Part shown: positions 1 through 14,745 of the stretch, one piece after another
Position numbering within the stretch: position 1 is the stretch's first letter
Layout of the letters: every line of letters begins with the position of its first letter
Assembly: GCF_009914755.1 (NCBI RefSeq)
Contig: NC_060933.1
Length of the DNA stretch: 64,000 nucleotides
Direction: 5' to 3' (one strand)
DNA from: the human T2T-CHM13v2.0 reference genome, Homo sapiens
Made by a program: the position numbers and the translations under genes
Notes under the pieces: generated by a model
The model's database searches: none
What the model saw: only the letters and a program-made list of their open reading frames with translations
Told to the model about the DNA's origin: nothing

Positions 1-1975
1 TGCAGGTGAGGGTGTGGAGAAACTGCAACCCTTAGGTACTCCTAATGAAAATGTAAAATGATACAGCTGCTGTGAAAGATGGTATGATGTTTCTTCAAAA
101 AATTAAAAACTACCATATGATCTAGCAATTCCACTCCTGGATATATATTAAAAAAAAACTGGGAACTTTCTTTAAAGGTCTCAAAGAGATATTAGTACAC
201 TCATGTTCATAGCACCATTATTCACAATAGCCAAGGGGCAGAATCAACCAGTGTTCTTGATGGATGATAAACAAATCGTGGTATATACATACCACGAAAT
301 ATTATTCAGCCTTAAAAAGTAGGGAAATTCTGACGCATGCTACAACACGAATGAGCCTTGCGGACATTATGCTAAGTGAAATATGCCAGTCACAAAAAGA
401 CAGATACTGTATGATTCCACTTATGTGGAGTACCCAGAGTAATCGCATTTGTAGAAAAAGAAGGTAGAAAAGTGGTTGCCAGGGGCTGGGGAGAATGGGC
501 AATGGGAAGCTGTTGTTTAACGGGTGTAGAGCTTCAGTTTTGCAAGATGAAGAACTGGAGACTGGTTGCACAACAATGTGAATACATTTAACAGTATTAA
601 ATTGTACAATTTAAAATGGTAAGATAGTAATTTTATGTATATGTTACAATTTTTTTAAAAAAATACAAGGGTAGAATGGGCGAAAATATTTGCAAATTAC
701 ATATGTGAAAAAAGACTTGTATTCACAATATATAAAGAACTCTCAAAACTCAGAGGGCAGGGCACAGTGGCTCATGCTTGTAATCCCAGCACTTTCAGAA
801 GCCGAGGAGGAACAATCACTTTAGCCCAGGAGTTTGAGACCAGCCTGGGCAACATAAGGAGACCTGTCTCTAAAAATATTTTTTTAAATTAGCTGGGTGT
901 GGTGGCACATGCTACTTGGGGGGCTGTGGTGGAAAGGCCACTGGGGCCTGGAAGGTCCGAGACTGCAGTGAGCCAAGATTGTGCCACTGCACTACAGCCT
1001 GGGCGAGACAGTGAGACCCTGTCGCAAACAAATAAATAAACAAATTTCAATAAGAAAATAAACAATCCAATAAAAAATGTGTAATATTTGAACAGACACA
1101 TCATCACAGATACATGAATGTATATAAACATGTAAGAATATTCTCAACGTCATTAATTATTAGAAAAATGCAAATTAAACCACAAGGAGACACCACTTCA
1201 CACATATTGGAATATGTAAAATTAAATAGACTATCCACTCCAAGTTTTGACAAGAATATGGAACAACTGGAACTCTCATGTACTATTAGTGGGTATATAA
1301 AATAGAACAAATACTTTGGAAAATAGTTTGGCAGTTTCTTAAAAAGTTAAACATGGACCTACCATATGACCTAGCATTTCACATCTAGGTATTTGCTCAG
1401 GAAAAATGAAAACATATGTATAAAGATTTATATCTGAATGTTTATAACAGCTTTATTTGTAATCCTTATTTGTATAAAGATTTATATCTGAATGTTCATA
1501 ACAGCTTTACTTGTAATAGCCAGCAAGTCGAAACAACCCAAATGTCTGTCAGGAAGTGAACAGATAAACAAATTGTGGTATATAGCCACACAATAGAATG
1601 CCACTAAATAATAAGAAATAATATATGCAACATGAAACAATCTCAAAATAAACATACTAAGTCCAGAAAAAAAAAAAAACCCAGACAAAAAAAACCTCAT
1701 ACTGTATGATTCACTTATATAAAATTCTAGAAAATGCAAACCAATCTCCAGTGATGGAAAGTAGATGGTCCTTAAGGATGATGAAGGTGAGGTATAGAAG
1801 GGACAGACAGGGATCACAGAGGGGCACAAGGAAAATTTTGGAGGATGACAGCTATGCTCAATATCTTGATTGTGGTGATGGTTTCATGGATACACACATG
1901 TATCAAAACCTATAAAATTATAAAATTTAAATTTGTGTAACATATGTCAATTATACCTCAATAAATCTCTTTTAA
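1..1975 (+). mobile_element. Old L1M 3'-end fragments interrupted by an AluJ (~757-1040)
   Basis: L1 ORF2 3' and 3'UTR motifs (ccatatgatctagcaattccactcctgg; tatgctaagtgaaat; caattatacctcaataaa). Confidence 0.8.
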
Positions 1976-3949
1976 AAACTGCTTTAGGATTGAACAATCT
2001 ATTTTTCAAAGCACTGATACGTATATCAGTATATAAATTAAAGTTGTTTAAATGGTTAGGAAAAAAAAAAATTCGACCACAGAATAATCTGCCTAAAAGG
2101 CATTTCTCTTTAGAACACAGAATTCTTAAGGTTCTTCCAGTCCAAAACCTCTACAATCTAATTGGCACATAAGAGGTTAACAAAACTACAGTTTGTCTTA
2201 CAATCTCTAAAGAGACTGTGGAAAATGTAAATACATTAATCAATAAGGGTTTCATAACAATCATTTCTTTAAAAGAATTACATAGAAGAGAAAAAATATT
2301 CAGAGAGATGCATAATACCTCAAAATATGCATAATACCTCAGATAACTTGCTGGTGGATTGAAAAGCATCTGAACTGTGCTATTTGCTCCCATAAAAAGA
2401 AAGCTTACTAGCAATGATGTCAGATTTTCTTCAAAAGTTATCTGTTTAAAAGATGGAATAAATGATATTTATGGTTCAAGGATATAAGTATTAAATTTTC
2501 TTCCCAATGAATGTAAGCTTTAGAGCATAATTTCCAATTTTATGGTTCAAATTCAGTAAAAGTAGGAAGTCTTATCTGCACTGTAACATCTAATTAAATA
2601 CATAAAGAATAGAAAGATTTGAAATGAGAACCCACACCAAAAACATCATGTTCTCTGTCAGCGAAAGGTCGGAGAAAAGATCTGGGAAGCAGTGTGAAAA
2701 TGTAGCCCATGCCTGTACTGACAACCTTTTATTGCTCCCTTCACCCTATCTAGTTATGAATTTCAGCAGACAGAAATATGGGGTGGGGCTCAGAAGACTG
2801 TGAAATGATTTACTATTGGAAAATGCCTTGCTGCCTAGCGCAAAGCTATACCAATAACTCCCCAAAATGTTTGAACAGAAAAGAGCAAATGAAGGCATTT
2901 GGTCAGAAAATCAGGATTCAAATTCGGGCTTTACCAGACACTGAGCTATGTAACATTGATTAAGCCACTTCATATCCATTTCCTCATCAGTAAAATGAAA
3001 AGTTAGGTGTGTGTACACACATACTAATTTTAATCAGTAGGTTAAGTATAAAAAAATAGAAAACTTGAAGAATGGGAGACAGTTCTGTATTCACACCAAC
3101 TTACAAATAACTCAATGCAATAGCTTTTCGTGAGCAGTCTCTGTCTCCCAGCAACTGTCAGATGCTTGAGACACAGAGATTAATAAGTGGTTTGGTCTCC
3201 TCTTAAAAGTGAGCATTAAAAAAAGAAAGAAAAAAAAATTCCTGCCTTAATGAACAGACAATGCAGCTGATAAGACAACTAAGACACAATGAACCAGAAC
3301 TACGAAATACAATGAGTTTAGCACGATGAGAGAGGAAAGTTCAAGTATAATGGGAACACACAGGAGGAAACACCACTAGCAAGATCACTAGTTCAAGTTA
3401 GACAAATCCTTCATGTATACGAAAAACCATGAGGATTTTATAGAGAATGCTCCACCAGGACAAGCAAAATGCAAGAGGTTGGATTTTAAGAGCCTAAGCT
3501 AAGTTTCTTAACACTCTTAATAATTATAATCAGTTGCTACAGCTAATTAGACTCAAAAATAGTCTAAACCAGAATCTTTTCAAAACAGAATCTTTTCAAA
3601 AACAGAAACACACAAAAATCTGAGACTATCTTATTTGAAATGACTATAAATGGTATTTTCACATGATTCTAAAACTAACAGAAATCCATTTTTTCTTCTA
3701 ATACTACATTTCAATCTTATTTACTGATTTTGGTATTTGCTTTGGTAGAAAACACTGCTAGTTTTGTTCCCTACGCTTGACCTACTGTAATTTTTAAAAT
3801 AACAACAAAAAAACCTTCACACAAGCAAAATGGAAAGTAGTGTTCTAAGTACATAAAAATTAAATAGTAACAATTTAACCAAGGTCACTAGAACCTTTTC
3901 GGTTTGTTCTCCACTTAAAAGCAGAGCATTTAAAAAAAAAAAGAAAAGG

Positions 3950-3980
<31 letters not shown>

Positions 3981-4044
3981 TGTGTATGTGTGCCTGTGTT
4001 TGGGATGGGACAGTCTCTTCTAGACTTCCTATTGAGGTACTTAC

Positions 4045-4160
4045 AGTGCTGATCACAATCAACTCTGGCAAACACTACTTGATTTTCATTTGGAAATTCT
4101 TCCTTAATGACATCGGAAGCTTCCTCAAAAATTGGATGCAACATCTGACTGAAACGACAC
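4045..4160 (-). CDS. ERP44: ERP44 coding exon 4 (CRFSQMLHPIFEEASDVIKEEFPNENQVVFARVDCDQH-S)
   Basis: tgtgtatag acceptor and GTAAGT donor, 116 nt. Contains the ERp44 CRFS active-site motif and is visible inside ORF 3875..4183. The remaining exons lie beyond the window start. Confidence 0.97.
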
Positions 4161-5037
4161 CTATACACAGAGAAGGATGCCAATTAGAAATGAAAAGCAG
4201 AAGTAATAAAATCTTATTTCCGTTATTGCCCACTGACATTTGATATAGGCATAATAAACGACTCTGCGAGATAATCACACACTTAATTTAATCATGGACC
4301 CTGACATCGTTCAATGGAGATGAAGACAATTTTAAGTTCAAAGACTGTATACCAATTCTAAGAATGTATAATAGATTTTGGTTTTATTCATCTTAAGACA
4401 ATTGCCAGTATTATGGAGCACACAGCTAAGGATCTCTTGCAGAGGTCATAAAACAAGTCTGAAATAAGCCCTCTACAAAGTACTGTTAGGATTTGTAACT
4501 ACTGAGGCTTGAACATTTATGAAAAATTAGCTTTCTCTATTTTATTTATTTTTAATTTTTTTTGAGACAGGGTCTCATTCTGTTGCCCAAGTTGGAGGGC
4601 AGGGGCACAATCTGAGCTCACTGCACCCTCCACCTCCAGGGCTCAAGCAATCCTCCCACCTCAAAATAATAAAATTTTAGACTATTGTGTAAAATATTTT
4701 AACTGTATTGCAAATATTAGACCTCTCCACCTGGCTAGTTCTATCAAATCTCACAGGCAAGTTAACACACTAAATAAATAAGTTATATTAAAAGAATATA
4801 TGGTATATAATTAACTATTTCCCCTCAAAATTTACCCCTTGATAAAATGGGCTTTTATATCTGTAAACATACTAAATACAGTAAGTCCAGAAGCAAATAT
4901 CTTAAATTCCTAACCAAGACTTCCTGTCTATATTTTCTTTTTTCTTTTACTTTAAACACAAGGCACAAACCCCCACAATATTCTACAAACTTGTTACTTC
5001 TAACTGTCCCTTAATCAAGCCAAACATTTCACAAATA

Positions 5038-5347
5038 CAGTCATGTGGTGTTTAACGACAGGGATACACTCAGAAATACACCATTAGGCGATTTCTTCAT
5101 TACGTGAACATCATAAAGTATACTTACACAAACCTAGATGGTATAGCCTAGCATGCACCTACACTATAGGGTATACAGCCTCCTACTGCTCCTAGGCTAC
5201 AAACCTGTACCACATGTTAATATACTAAATACTGTAGGCAACTGTAACACAATAGCAGGTATCTAAACACAGAAAAGTTACAGTAAAAATACGGTATTAT
5301 ATATGGGACTTCTGTCATTGACCTAAACATCATGTCATGGATGACTA
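5038..5347. mobile_element. Tigger3a/MER7-type DNA transposon MITE
   Basis: CAGTCATG...CATGACT-like TIRs and the characteristic acacaaacctagatggtatagccta. Confidence 0.75.
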
Positions 5348-6159
5348 TGTTCTAGGTAATTAAAGGGACCCAATAAGAAGGGGAAGAATCAGAATTAGCA
5401 ACCAGCTGGGTTAGAATGGCCATTCTCTTACGGAAGAAGTATTAAGAATATGTAAACAAACTACAATTGCTACTGTTGCTTCCAGAGCCCTTTTCCACCA
5501 AATTTACTTAAATGATGTCAGTGAACAGTTTAATCCACATGTAATTAGTTCATACATATTAGCTTTAATACAATAAAAATATTGGAAAGCCTGTGAAAGG
5601 ATGCAAACATTATACTTCCTCCCTATTTCTTCTTGTATATATATATCTCTTCTAGCCCACTCACCTGACTTCCTAAGGAGATGTCCTAGAATATATCAAG
5701 GAGACACATCTGTATCTTCAATCTCTTGCTTTCAAGTGGCTCTTTCCTCTTTTAGCATTCTTAAATCTCTCCCATCAGGGATAAGAGGATGGGGTCTGTG
5801 GACATCATGGACCGTGTCTTATTTGACTATGTATTCTAATAAACATTCAATATATGTATTAAATCAATAAATTGATAGAATGGAGGAACTGGAGCGGCTA
5901 GGACCGCAGGTTTGTGGGTTCTTACAGTTCGCTGAAAATAAGGTAGCTGGAGGGCAAGGGAGGCAAGGAGTAGGGGCTGATTAATGGTTTCTTGAAAAAT
6001 TTAGATCTGACCTAGTGAAGAAAGAGCGGGCAAGCCTCTTTATGGCTTAAGGGCGACGTAAAAAAACACATCAAGGGCTTCTTTTCTCTAGATTGTCCAG
6101 TTTGCCACTCATTAAGTATTTAAGCATGGTTCATGTTTAAAATAGGACCTGTCTTAATA

Positions 6160-6389
6160 CAGGTTGAATGCCCCTAATCTAAAAATTCAAAATGCTTCAA
6201 AATCTAAAACTGTTTGAGCACTGACAAGATGCTCAAAGGAAATGCACATTGAAGCATTTTGGATTTCGTATTTTTGGGGTTAGGGATGTTGAACCAGTAA
6301 GTATAAGGCAAACATTACCAAATCTGAAAAAATCCAAAAACTGAAACACTTCTGGTCTCAAGTATTTCAGATAAGGGATACTCAACCTG
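6160..6389. mobile_element. Tigger4a/MER46A MITE
   Basis: CAGGTTGA...TCAACCTG TIRs flanked by TA on both sides. Confidence 0.8.
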
Positions 6390-6958
6390 TACCAAAAGAC
6401 GAAAAGGGAAAATGAAATAAAAGTTCAATTCCATAATTACTGTACCTTCATACATGTGTATCCATACACATGGAAATGTTACATTTATAAAAGGAACATC
6501 ACAAAAGCAATGGATCTATTAAAAGGGCCTAAGGGTCATCTAAACCTAATCTTCCATCTAGTGCTTAAATCAATCCTTAACAAATCTACCAAATAGATAA
6601 GTCTTTGCAGAGACATTTTGAGGGCACTTACTAATATGATCTAGTTAGAGAAAAAAATAAGCTTTGCAGTTAGGCATACCTGAATTTAAATCCCAGTTCC
6701 ACCACTTACTAGCCATATGACCCTTCTGAGCCTCAATTCCTCAACCTAAAAGGAAATTATAATACCTACCTACAGAGTAGTTCTGAGCATTAAAAAAAAC
6801 CTATGTAAAGAGTCTGGATGGGGATGGTTAATGAGTACAAAAATATAGTTAGAATGAATAAGATCTAGCAGGATGACTAAACAGAAATGTATTGTACATT
6901 TTTAAATAACTAAAAGAGTAAAACTGGAATGTTTGTAACAAAAATGATGAATCCTTGA

Positions 6959-7298
<340 letters not shown>

Positions 7299-9447
7299 AT
7301 GTGATTATCCTACTTTGTACACCTCTATCAAAATATCTCATGTGCCCCATAAATATATATACCTACTATGTTCCCATAAATATTAGGTAATTTTTAAAAA
7401 ATAGTCTGGCACAAAACAGCATTATTAACCACCTACTACAGTATTACTCAAGGAGCTGCAGTATTTTTAAGCACCTCTATTACAGAATTATTAAACTGTG
7501 CCACATCCATAACTTCCAGAATGAACTCAGAGTCTAGACTTTGAGGCCACATAGTATTAAGTCTATGTCTTACAGCCAATTACCCAAGCTTTTTCAGCCA
7601 TATAAAAGAGTATTAATTCATCAACAACTTAAGGTATTCTTTAGGTAATGTTTTCCCAAATAACTCAGTCCATGTTTCCAATTCAGTTTTTTCAAAAGAT
7701 CAGCAGCACATTCTATTACCCTTTCTTGCAACACACAAAATCTCTCAGTCAGGAGAAAGTCGTTCTAGTTTTTCTTCAGACATCATCTAGTTGGGTAACC
7801 TTGGGAAAGTACTTCAATCCCCTGGATCTCAGTTTTCTTATTTTAAAATGGATTGGACTACATAATCTTCTACCAAATTTTTTGGCTATTAATACATCTT
7901 GACAACCCTAATTTACTTTGAAAAATGCTACCTTTGAGACATATTTTATAAACAGCATTTTCTCTGTGTATCTTCAACTTTTTACTAAAGTTCTTTAAAT
8001 AATCATACCATATATACATTCATTCAGTAGACATTATGTACTTATCAGCCACATTTTAAGCAAAGTGCTTGGGGATTAAAGTTGAAAATAAAACTATGGT
8101 ATGTATTCTCACAGAGCAAACAATGTAGTAGAGAGTCACCAACTAGGATTATAGCCTACAAGTGTTATGATTGGGTAAGTATGGGTGTTACCGGAAATAA
8201 CAGAAGGGCTCCTAATCAGAGTCAAGAGTAGGGGTAGGTGTATTGATCCAGGAAGATAACCTGAAGAAAATGGCATCTAATCTAAGACTTGAAAGATTAG
8301 AACTTAACTAAGTAAAGAAGTGGGCGACAGAAGAATGATCCATCCAGGCAGGGGAAATATCATGCCTCACAGTCCAGTGATGAAATACAGAATTTTATAG
8401 GAATTGAAAGAAGTTTAGTATAACTGGAGCAGAATGTGGAAGTGGAGAGAGGCCAGACATAACAGCTACAGAGGGAATAAGAGACCAGTTCATAAGGGGC
8501 CTTCTGGGTCAAAGTAAAGGATTTAAACTTTAACCCAAAGGTAATGGAAACATTTTAAGGGCTTTAAGAAGGGGTATAAACTAATCTTATTTACACTGTA
8601 AGAAAGATAACTCTGGCTTACATTGTAGAGAACAGAATGGAGATACGTAAGACTAGAGGCACAGAAAAGAAATGAGGAGACTGTAGCATGAATTTTAAGT
8701 AAATGACAGGACTGTGGCCTGGAGTATGGTAGTGACAGCCAGTAGGTAGTAAGCCTTAAAGGGTCAGATAAGATACAGAGTGTCTAGGGATAAAGACTAT
8801 GCTGAATCTTTCCAGCTAAATCTCCCTTGTGTTTCAGAATCTTTCCAGCTGAATCTCCCTTCTTCCTATCTCCATGCCATATTCTGTAACATCTACTATA
8901 TACCATGTTGTTCTAGATGCTGGGAATACTGAGTATGCCATTATCTCTGCCCTCAAAGTTTGTTTGCTAGGGCACAAACAAGAAAAGACAAAACATTTAG
9001 TAAGAAAAAGAAAGTGGTACATAGGGTACTGTATAAACACAAAAGACAGAGGCAGCAGATTCTATAAATTTAAAAATGTCAACATTATTTTTCCTTCTAA
9101 ACTTGACATACCCAAATCATGACTTATAAACACTACCCTTCTTCCACAGTCAGGACAAATACGGAATTGCAATATGTGTTCCCTTTGAGTCGGGGGTGGA
9201 GAGAGTCATATTTGAGTTATATGTTACTTGTTTTAAGATATAAGATAACAGAATCAGCTCTATTTCTTTCTTAAAACAGAAATCCTTACCAAATTAAACT
9301 ACTTCCCTTGTGGATGAAACTTAATTGACTTTATGTATGGAATACTGTCTTGAAATAGAAAAAGCCTTCCCTTCCCCTTTCTAGCAAAGAAAAATTAACC
9401 TTTAGCAAGTAAAAACAAAACCAAACCCAAACAATAAGATTACTTAC

Positions 9448-9487
9448 CAGTCAGCATAAAAATTTACTAAAGCAACATCAGCATTGT
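9448..9487 (-). CDS. ERP44: ERP44 coding exon 3 (N-NADVALVNFYAD-W)
   Basis: ctttcaatttcag acceptor and GTAAGT donor. The 40 nt have phases matching exons 2 and 4, and encode the thioredoxin-fold VNFYADW. Confidence 0.96.
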
Positions 9488-9711
9488 CTGAAATTGAAAG
9501 ACAAAACCAAATAAGATATTTGTAATAATTTTGACATAATTAAACATACAGTTTCATTATGATCTTTGTCCAATATAAGGGTCCACTTAAAAAAACACAG
9601 TAACTATTATCTCTCACTCAGAAACCTAGAGTCATGGACAGCTTATATAATTTATGGGAAACTTTGTCTCTTTTCTCTGTATGCTTTATCTTTATAAGTT
9701 CACTGTATCTT

Positions 9712-10002
9712 TTATTTTATGGAGACTGGGTCTCACTCTATTGCCCAGGCTAGAGTGCAGTGGCATGATCAAAACCCAGTGCAGCCTCAAACTCCTGGGT
9801 TGACGTGATCCTCCCACTTCACCCTCCCAAGTAGCTAGGACTACAGGCAAACACCACCACACCTGGCTAATTTTTGTATTTTTTTGTAGAGACAGGATCT
9901 GGTTATATTGCCCAGGCTGGTCTCGAACTCCTGGCCTCAAGCAACCTCCCACCTTAACCTTCCAAAGTGCTGGGATTACAGGCATGAGCCATCACACCGG
10001 GC
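9712..10002 (-). mobile_element. AluJ
   Basis: Diverged reverse-complement Alu dimer. Confidence 0.88.
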
Positions 10003-10542
10003 TTCCTTCGTTGCATCTTAAATGAATTTAAAGCAAATGTGAAATAAAGTCCAGATAAGGCAAGTAAGCTACGATCATAAAAAGTAAAGTGGAATGATCT
10101 GTATTTTATTTTTTGATCTTCCATATTCATGAATAACTGAGAATTAGTTCTGCAAATAAAATCCCACATCACAGAAAAGACCTGTATAACTAAGTTATTT
10201 TTAAACCTCACATATACCACCTAGTTGCAACAAGTAATCTACAACTAATAGTGTTGCACAAGACGCCAGTTTTTTAATTCCTATCCATTTAAGTTATTCC
10301 CCCCTACAAAAATAACAGCATCATTTGCACATCAAGATGTAAAGACATGAGAAAGATGTAGTGCTTTTTGCCTATCCCTAATTCAGAGAAACGTAAAGTC
10401 CTCAAGCACTCATGAAAATAAAACACAAAGATATTCTAGAATTGGAAAGATGACAGAAGTGAGAATGACATGTGAGTTTCAATTCCTTTCTTCCCTTTTT
10501 ACCTTCAAGTTACTTTTTATATACTTGCTTATTCGCTCTAAA

Positions 10543-10728
10543 GCAGTGGTTCACAAACTGTGGTTCCTGGACCAGAAACACCAACATCACCTGGGAACTC
10601 ACAGAAATGTAAATCCTTAAGAAATGCAAATCTTTAGGTAGGGGTCTAGCAGTTTCCTAGCAGTATAGATATTAATAAGTGTTCCAGGTGGTTCTGATAC
10701 ATGCTAAAGTTCATGGAACCACTCCTCT
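10543..10728. mobile_element. MER5A-like hAT MITE (further copies near 17600-17757 and 43369-43520)
   Basis: cagtggttcacaaactgtggttcctggaccag...catcacctgggaact pattern. Confidence 0.7.
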
Positions 10729-11031
10729 AAAGAGACTCCATAAGACAGGAATAGACTTTTAGCATTTAAAGGTCCAGGAACATAATATATTACACTCAAT
10801 GAATGTTGTAACTCCTTTTGCCTCTATTATATGTGTCAGATGGAGGATTAAAAAAAGAAATCATTTATGCACACTGTACATTTTCTTAAAGCTCCTAAGT
10901 TACGATTTTCTATCAACCACATCTTCACCTTTCCTTTACTATTTTTAAAAAACAAGAAATGGTTTCTCTCAAGTTAATTATATCCACAACCACATTGTCA
11001 GCAAACAAACCATTCAGTAAAAAACTTATTA

Positions 11032-11342
11032 GGCCAAGTGTGGTGGTTCATGCCTGTAAACCCAGCACTTTGGGAGGCCAAGATGAGAGGACTGCTTGAG
11101 GTCAGGAATTCAAGACCAGCCTGGGCAACATAGCAAGACCATGTCTCTACAAGAAAAATTTAAAATTAGCTACGTGCAGTGGAGCCCACCTGTAGTCCTA
11201 GCTAACTTGGAAGGTTGAGGAAAGAGGATTGCTTGAGCCCAGGAGGTGGTCAAGGCTGAAGTGAGCTATAATATTATCATGCCACTGCACTCCAGTCTGG
11301 GTGACAAAGCAAGACCCTTTCTCTAAAATAAAAAATAAAAAA
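11032..11342 (+). mobile_element. AluJ
   Basis: Alu dimer with A-rich tail. Confidence 0.88.
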
Positions 11343-11727
11343 AGTACTGAGCTTAACTGGACCAATAACAATAAAAGAGATCAGAATAGGTGATCTAATT
11401 AAAGGGAAAAAAGAAAAAAAAGTCTAGGCTGTGTCCTAAGGTCATTAACATTTAGTTCTGCACAGTGAGAACTATTGGTCTCTAAGTAGGCTTATCAAAA
11501 CATTTCGTGAATTGTTAAGAATGGTATCTATATCAAGTTAAATAAATAAAAAACACTAAAAGTAACCAAAAGTGCTTTGATAATTCAGAAAGTCATGGAA
11601 TTAATCAGAATGCCAGCTCTTCATCTGTGCTAGCTAACTGAGATTTTATTGGGTTTTTTTTTTGTATATATAAACTAACTCTCTATAGAGAAGAAAGAGT
11701 ACACTTTAAAAATATTGAGGTACTTAC

Positions 11728-11800
11728 TTAAAATTTCATCTATATTCTCTGTATCAAGACTTGTTATTTCAGTTGTTACAGGAGTAAAAACCCAAGTTAC
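11728..11800 (-). CDS. ERP44: ERP44 coding exon 2 (VTWVFTPVTTEITSLDTENIDEIL-N)
   Basis: ttttcag acceptor and GTAAGT donor. The 73 nt continue the frame from exon 1. Confidence 0.97.
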
Positions 11801-12787
11801 CTGAAAATTTAAAAAATGAGAAATTAATAAATGTGTCCACAAAAGACAAATACGTAAAAGCGAAGTCTAAAAATAAATGTGTGATTCCACTTGTTCCTTA
11901 GAAAATTATACATCAATTGAATTGAATCTTTATTATCTAGTCTAATCTTTTACTAGATAAATGAAATAGGAGAAATATTAGCTTCTCAAACCTAGAAATT
12001 GGTCAAATAAAACTTTCTATACTTGCAAATATACAAAATAGCTTCTAAGGAATTAGGAAAACTGGGAATATACATATCTTTTCAAATTAACACTTTCAAG
12101 AACTTTATAGCACCACAAGAAAAAATTTGTGAGATTATCAGTGTTTAAAGTATAAACATAAAAACCAAAGCTAAGTCTGCTGATTCTATCCTGCCATGTT
12201 TCTAAGACAGAAGAAAATAATGAAGAATGCAAGAAAGACTTTTGCAAGTTGTAAACCAAAAGCCCTTCCGGTATAATTTTCACTTATTGGTGACAACAAT
12301 GTGTTACATGAGAGGCTATTAAAAAGAAAATAAGAATGTTTTTGCACTTTAATGAACCTGAAATCCAAAGTTCAAGTTTATCAAAGAAAATCTTAGCCTC
12401 CCATCTACAAAACAAAGAAAATATAAAATTTTAAACTAAACTAGCAAATGTTTACTTATTTTAAAAAGTAAAATTTAGTGTATTTTATTTTTAGTTTCCA
12501 ACTTCAATGACTTGGTGTTTGCTGCCTGAAGAGATTTTTGTTTGAAATAGAGTTTGTGTATGGAAATTCACTTACTAAATCATTGCTTTTTACTGAATGA
12601 CAACTAATGTCAGGCTCTGATCAAAGTGCTGAAGACTATTCCTTTGCCCACCCATTTCCTGAATACTTCAGCACTTATGACAGACTCAAAACTTTTATAA
12701 TTCACCAACAATTCAATCTAAATGCTATAAAGAGATACAATGATGCTAGTATATACATAAGCCCAACTAATTTTTAAAAATATTTCT

Positions 12788-13265
<478 letters not shown>

Positions 13266-13500
13266 ATTCTGTTCTTAGGAAAGGCCTAAGGATAACACTG
13301 TCTTATTTTTAAATTACCATTAACGGTGTAGCCAATAACTATCATGTCTGTTAGCAACCAATAAATTATACTCTCCTAAAAGTAGGCTAAATAATTGCAA
13401 ATCTCCAAATATTTGACTTATAAAACTAATTTCATTATTTTCAGTGCCTCAAACATTAACTAGAAAGATCAGACTTCCCTCACTAGTCATTAGTTACTAT

Positions 13501-13987
13501 TGATGGGGTTTAGAACACATTACTCCAAAATATGGCACATTGGCATTTGAGGAAATAGCAGAAGCAAAAAGGTCTCCCTGACCTTCTCCTGCCCTTCTTC
13601 CCTAAAACAGGTCATAAAATAATTCTCTGACATTACTCTAAAGTAGGTCTTAAGACCCCGCTAAGAGACGTATCCTCTAGACCCTGAGAAAAGGAATATC
13701 CCAATCTCTGCGGACACAGAGATACCAAGAAGAATCTAAACTAACAGTTTCCCCAGTTTATTACTATTAGATCATACCCCCTTTGTCCAGTCGTATGTCT
13801 GTACATCAACCTATGAATAAAAATAAAGTTTTTCCCACTTCTTTGGGTTGTAATTTCTGAAGGCTCCCATGTCATGTAAAACTTATATTAAATAAATTTG
13901 TATGCTTTTCTCTTGTTAATCTACCTTTTATTATAGGAGTCTCAGATATGAACCTAGAGATGGGTAAGAAATCTTTTCTACTCTACA
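13501..13987 (+). mobile_element. Solo ERV1 LTR (MER31-like)
   Basis: TG...CA ends; begins tgatggggtttagaacacattactccaaaatatggcac, resembling MER31; internal AATAAA. Confidence 0.75.
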
Positions 13988-14418
13988 TTATCAATGTCTT
14001 AATAACAGATCCTGGCTTCATAAGTATCTGACCAGTTCTAGATAACTGTGGAACCCAATAATATTGGTAATAGCAAGATTTTACACCTGTGTGCTAAAGA
14101 AAAACTTAAGAAGGCAGAAAAATATTATCATAGAACAATGAAGTTGGCATTATTGAAGTCAAGTCATTAAATAATTCAATAATATTTACAGTGTCTACTA
14201 GGTACTGAGGGCACAAATGCATACGGCATGGTGTGCGCTACCTCAAATCTGGGTAAGTGGTATAGCCATCACTCAAACATCTATCATTTCTTTGTGTTGG
14301 GAACACTCCAAATCCACTCTTTTGGTTATTCTGAAATATTTTTGAAGAGTTAATTATCATCTATCAAAATATGTAGAGAGAATATATGTTTAAAATCTAA
14401 AGTTAATAGCTTTTTACT

Positions 14419-14745
<327 letters not shown>

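Noticed and set aside
3875-4183. 102-aa ORF as a standalone gene
   Set aside because: It is ERP44 exon 4 plus intronic read-through.
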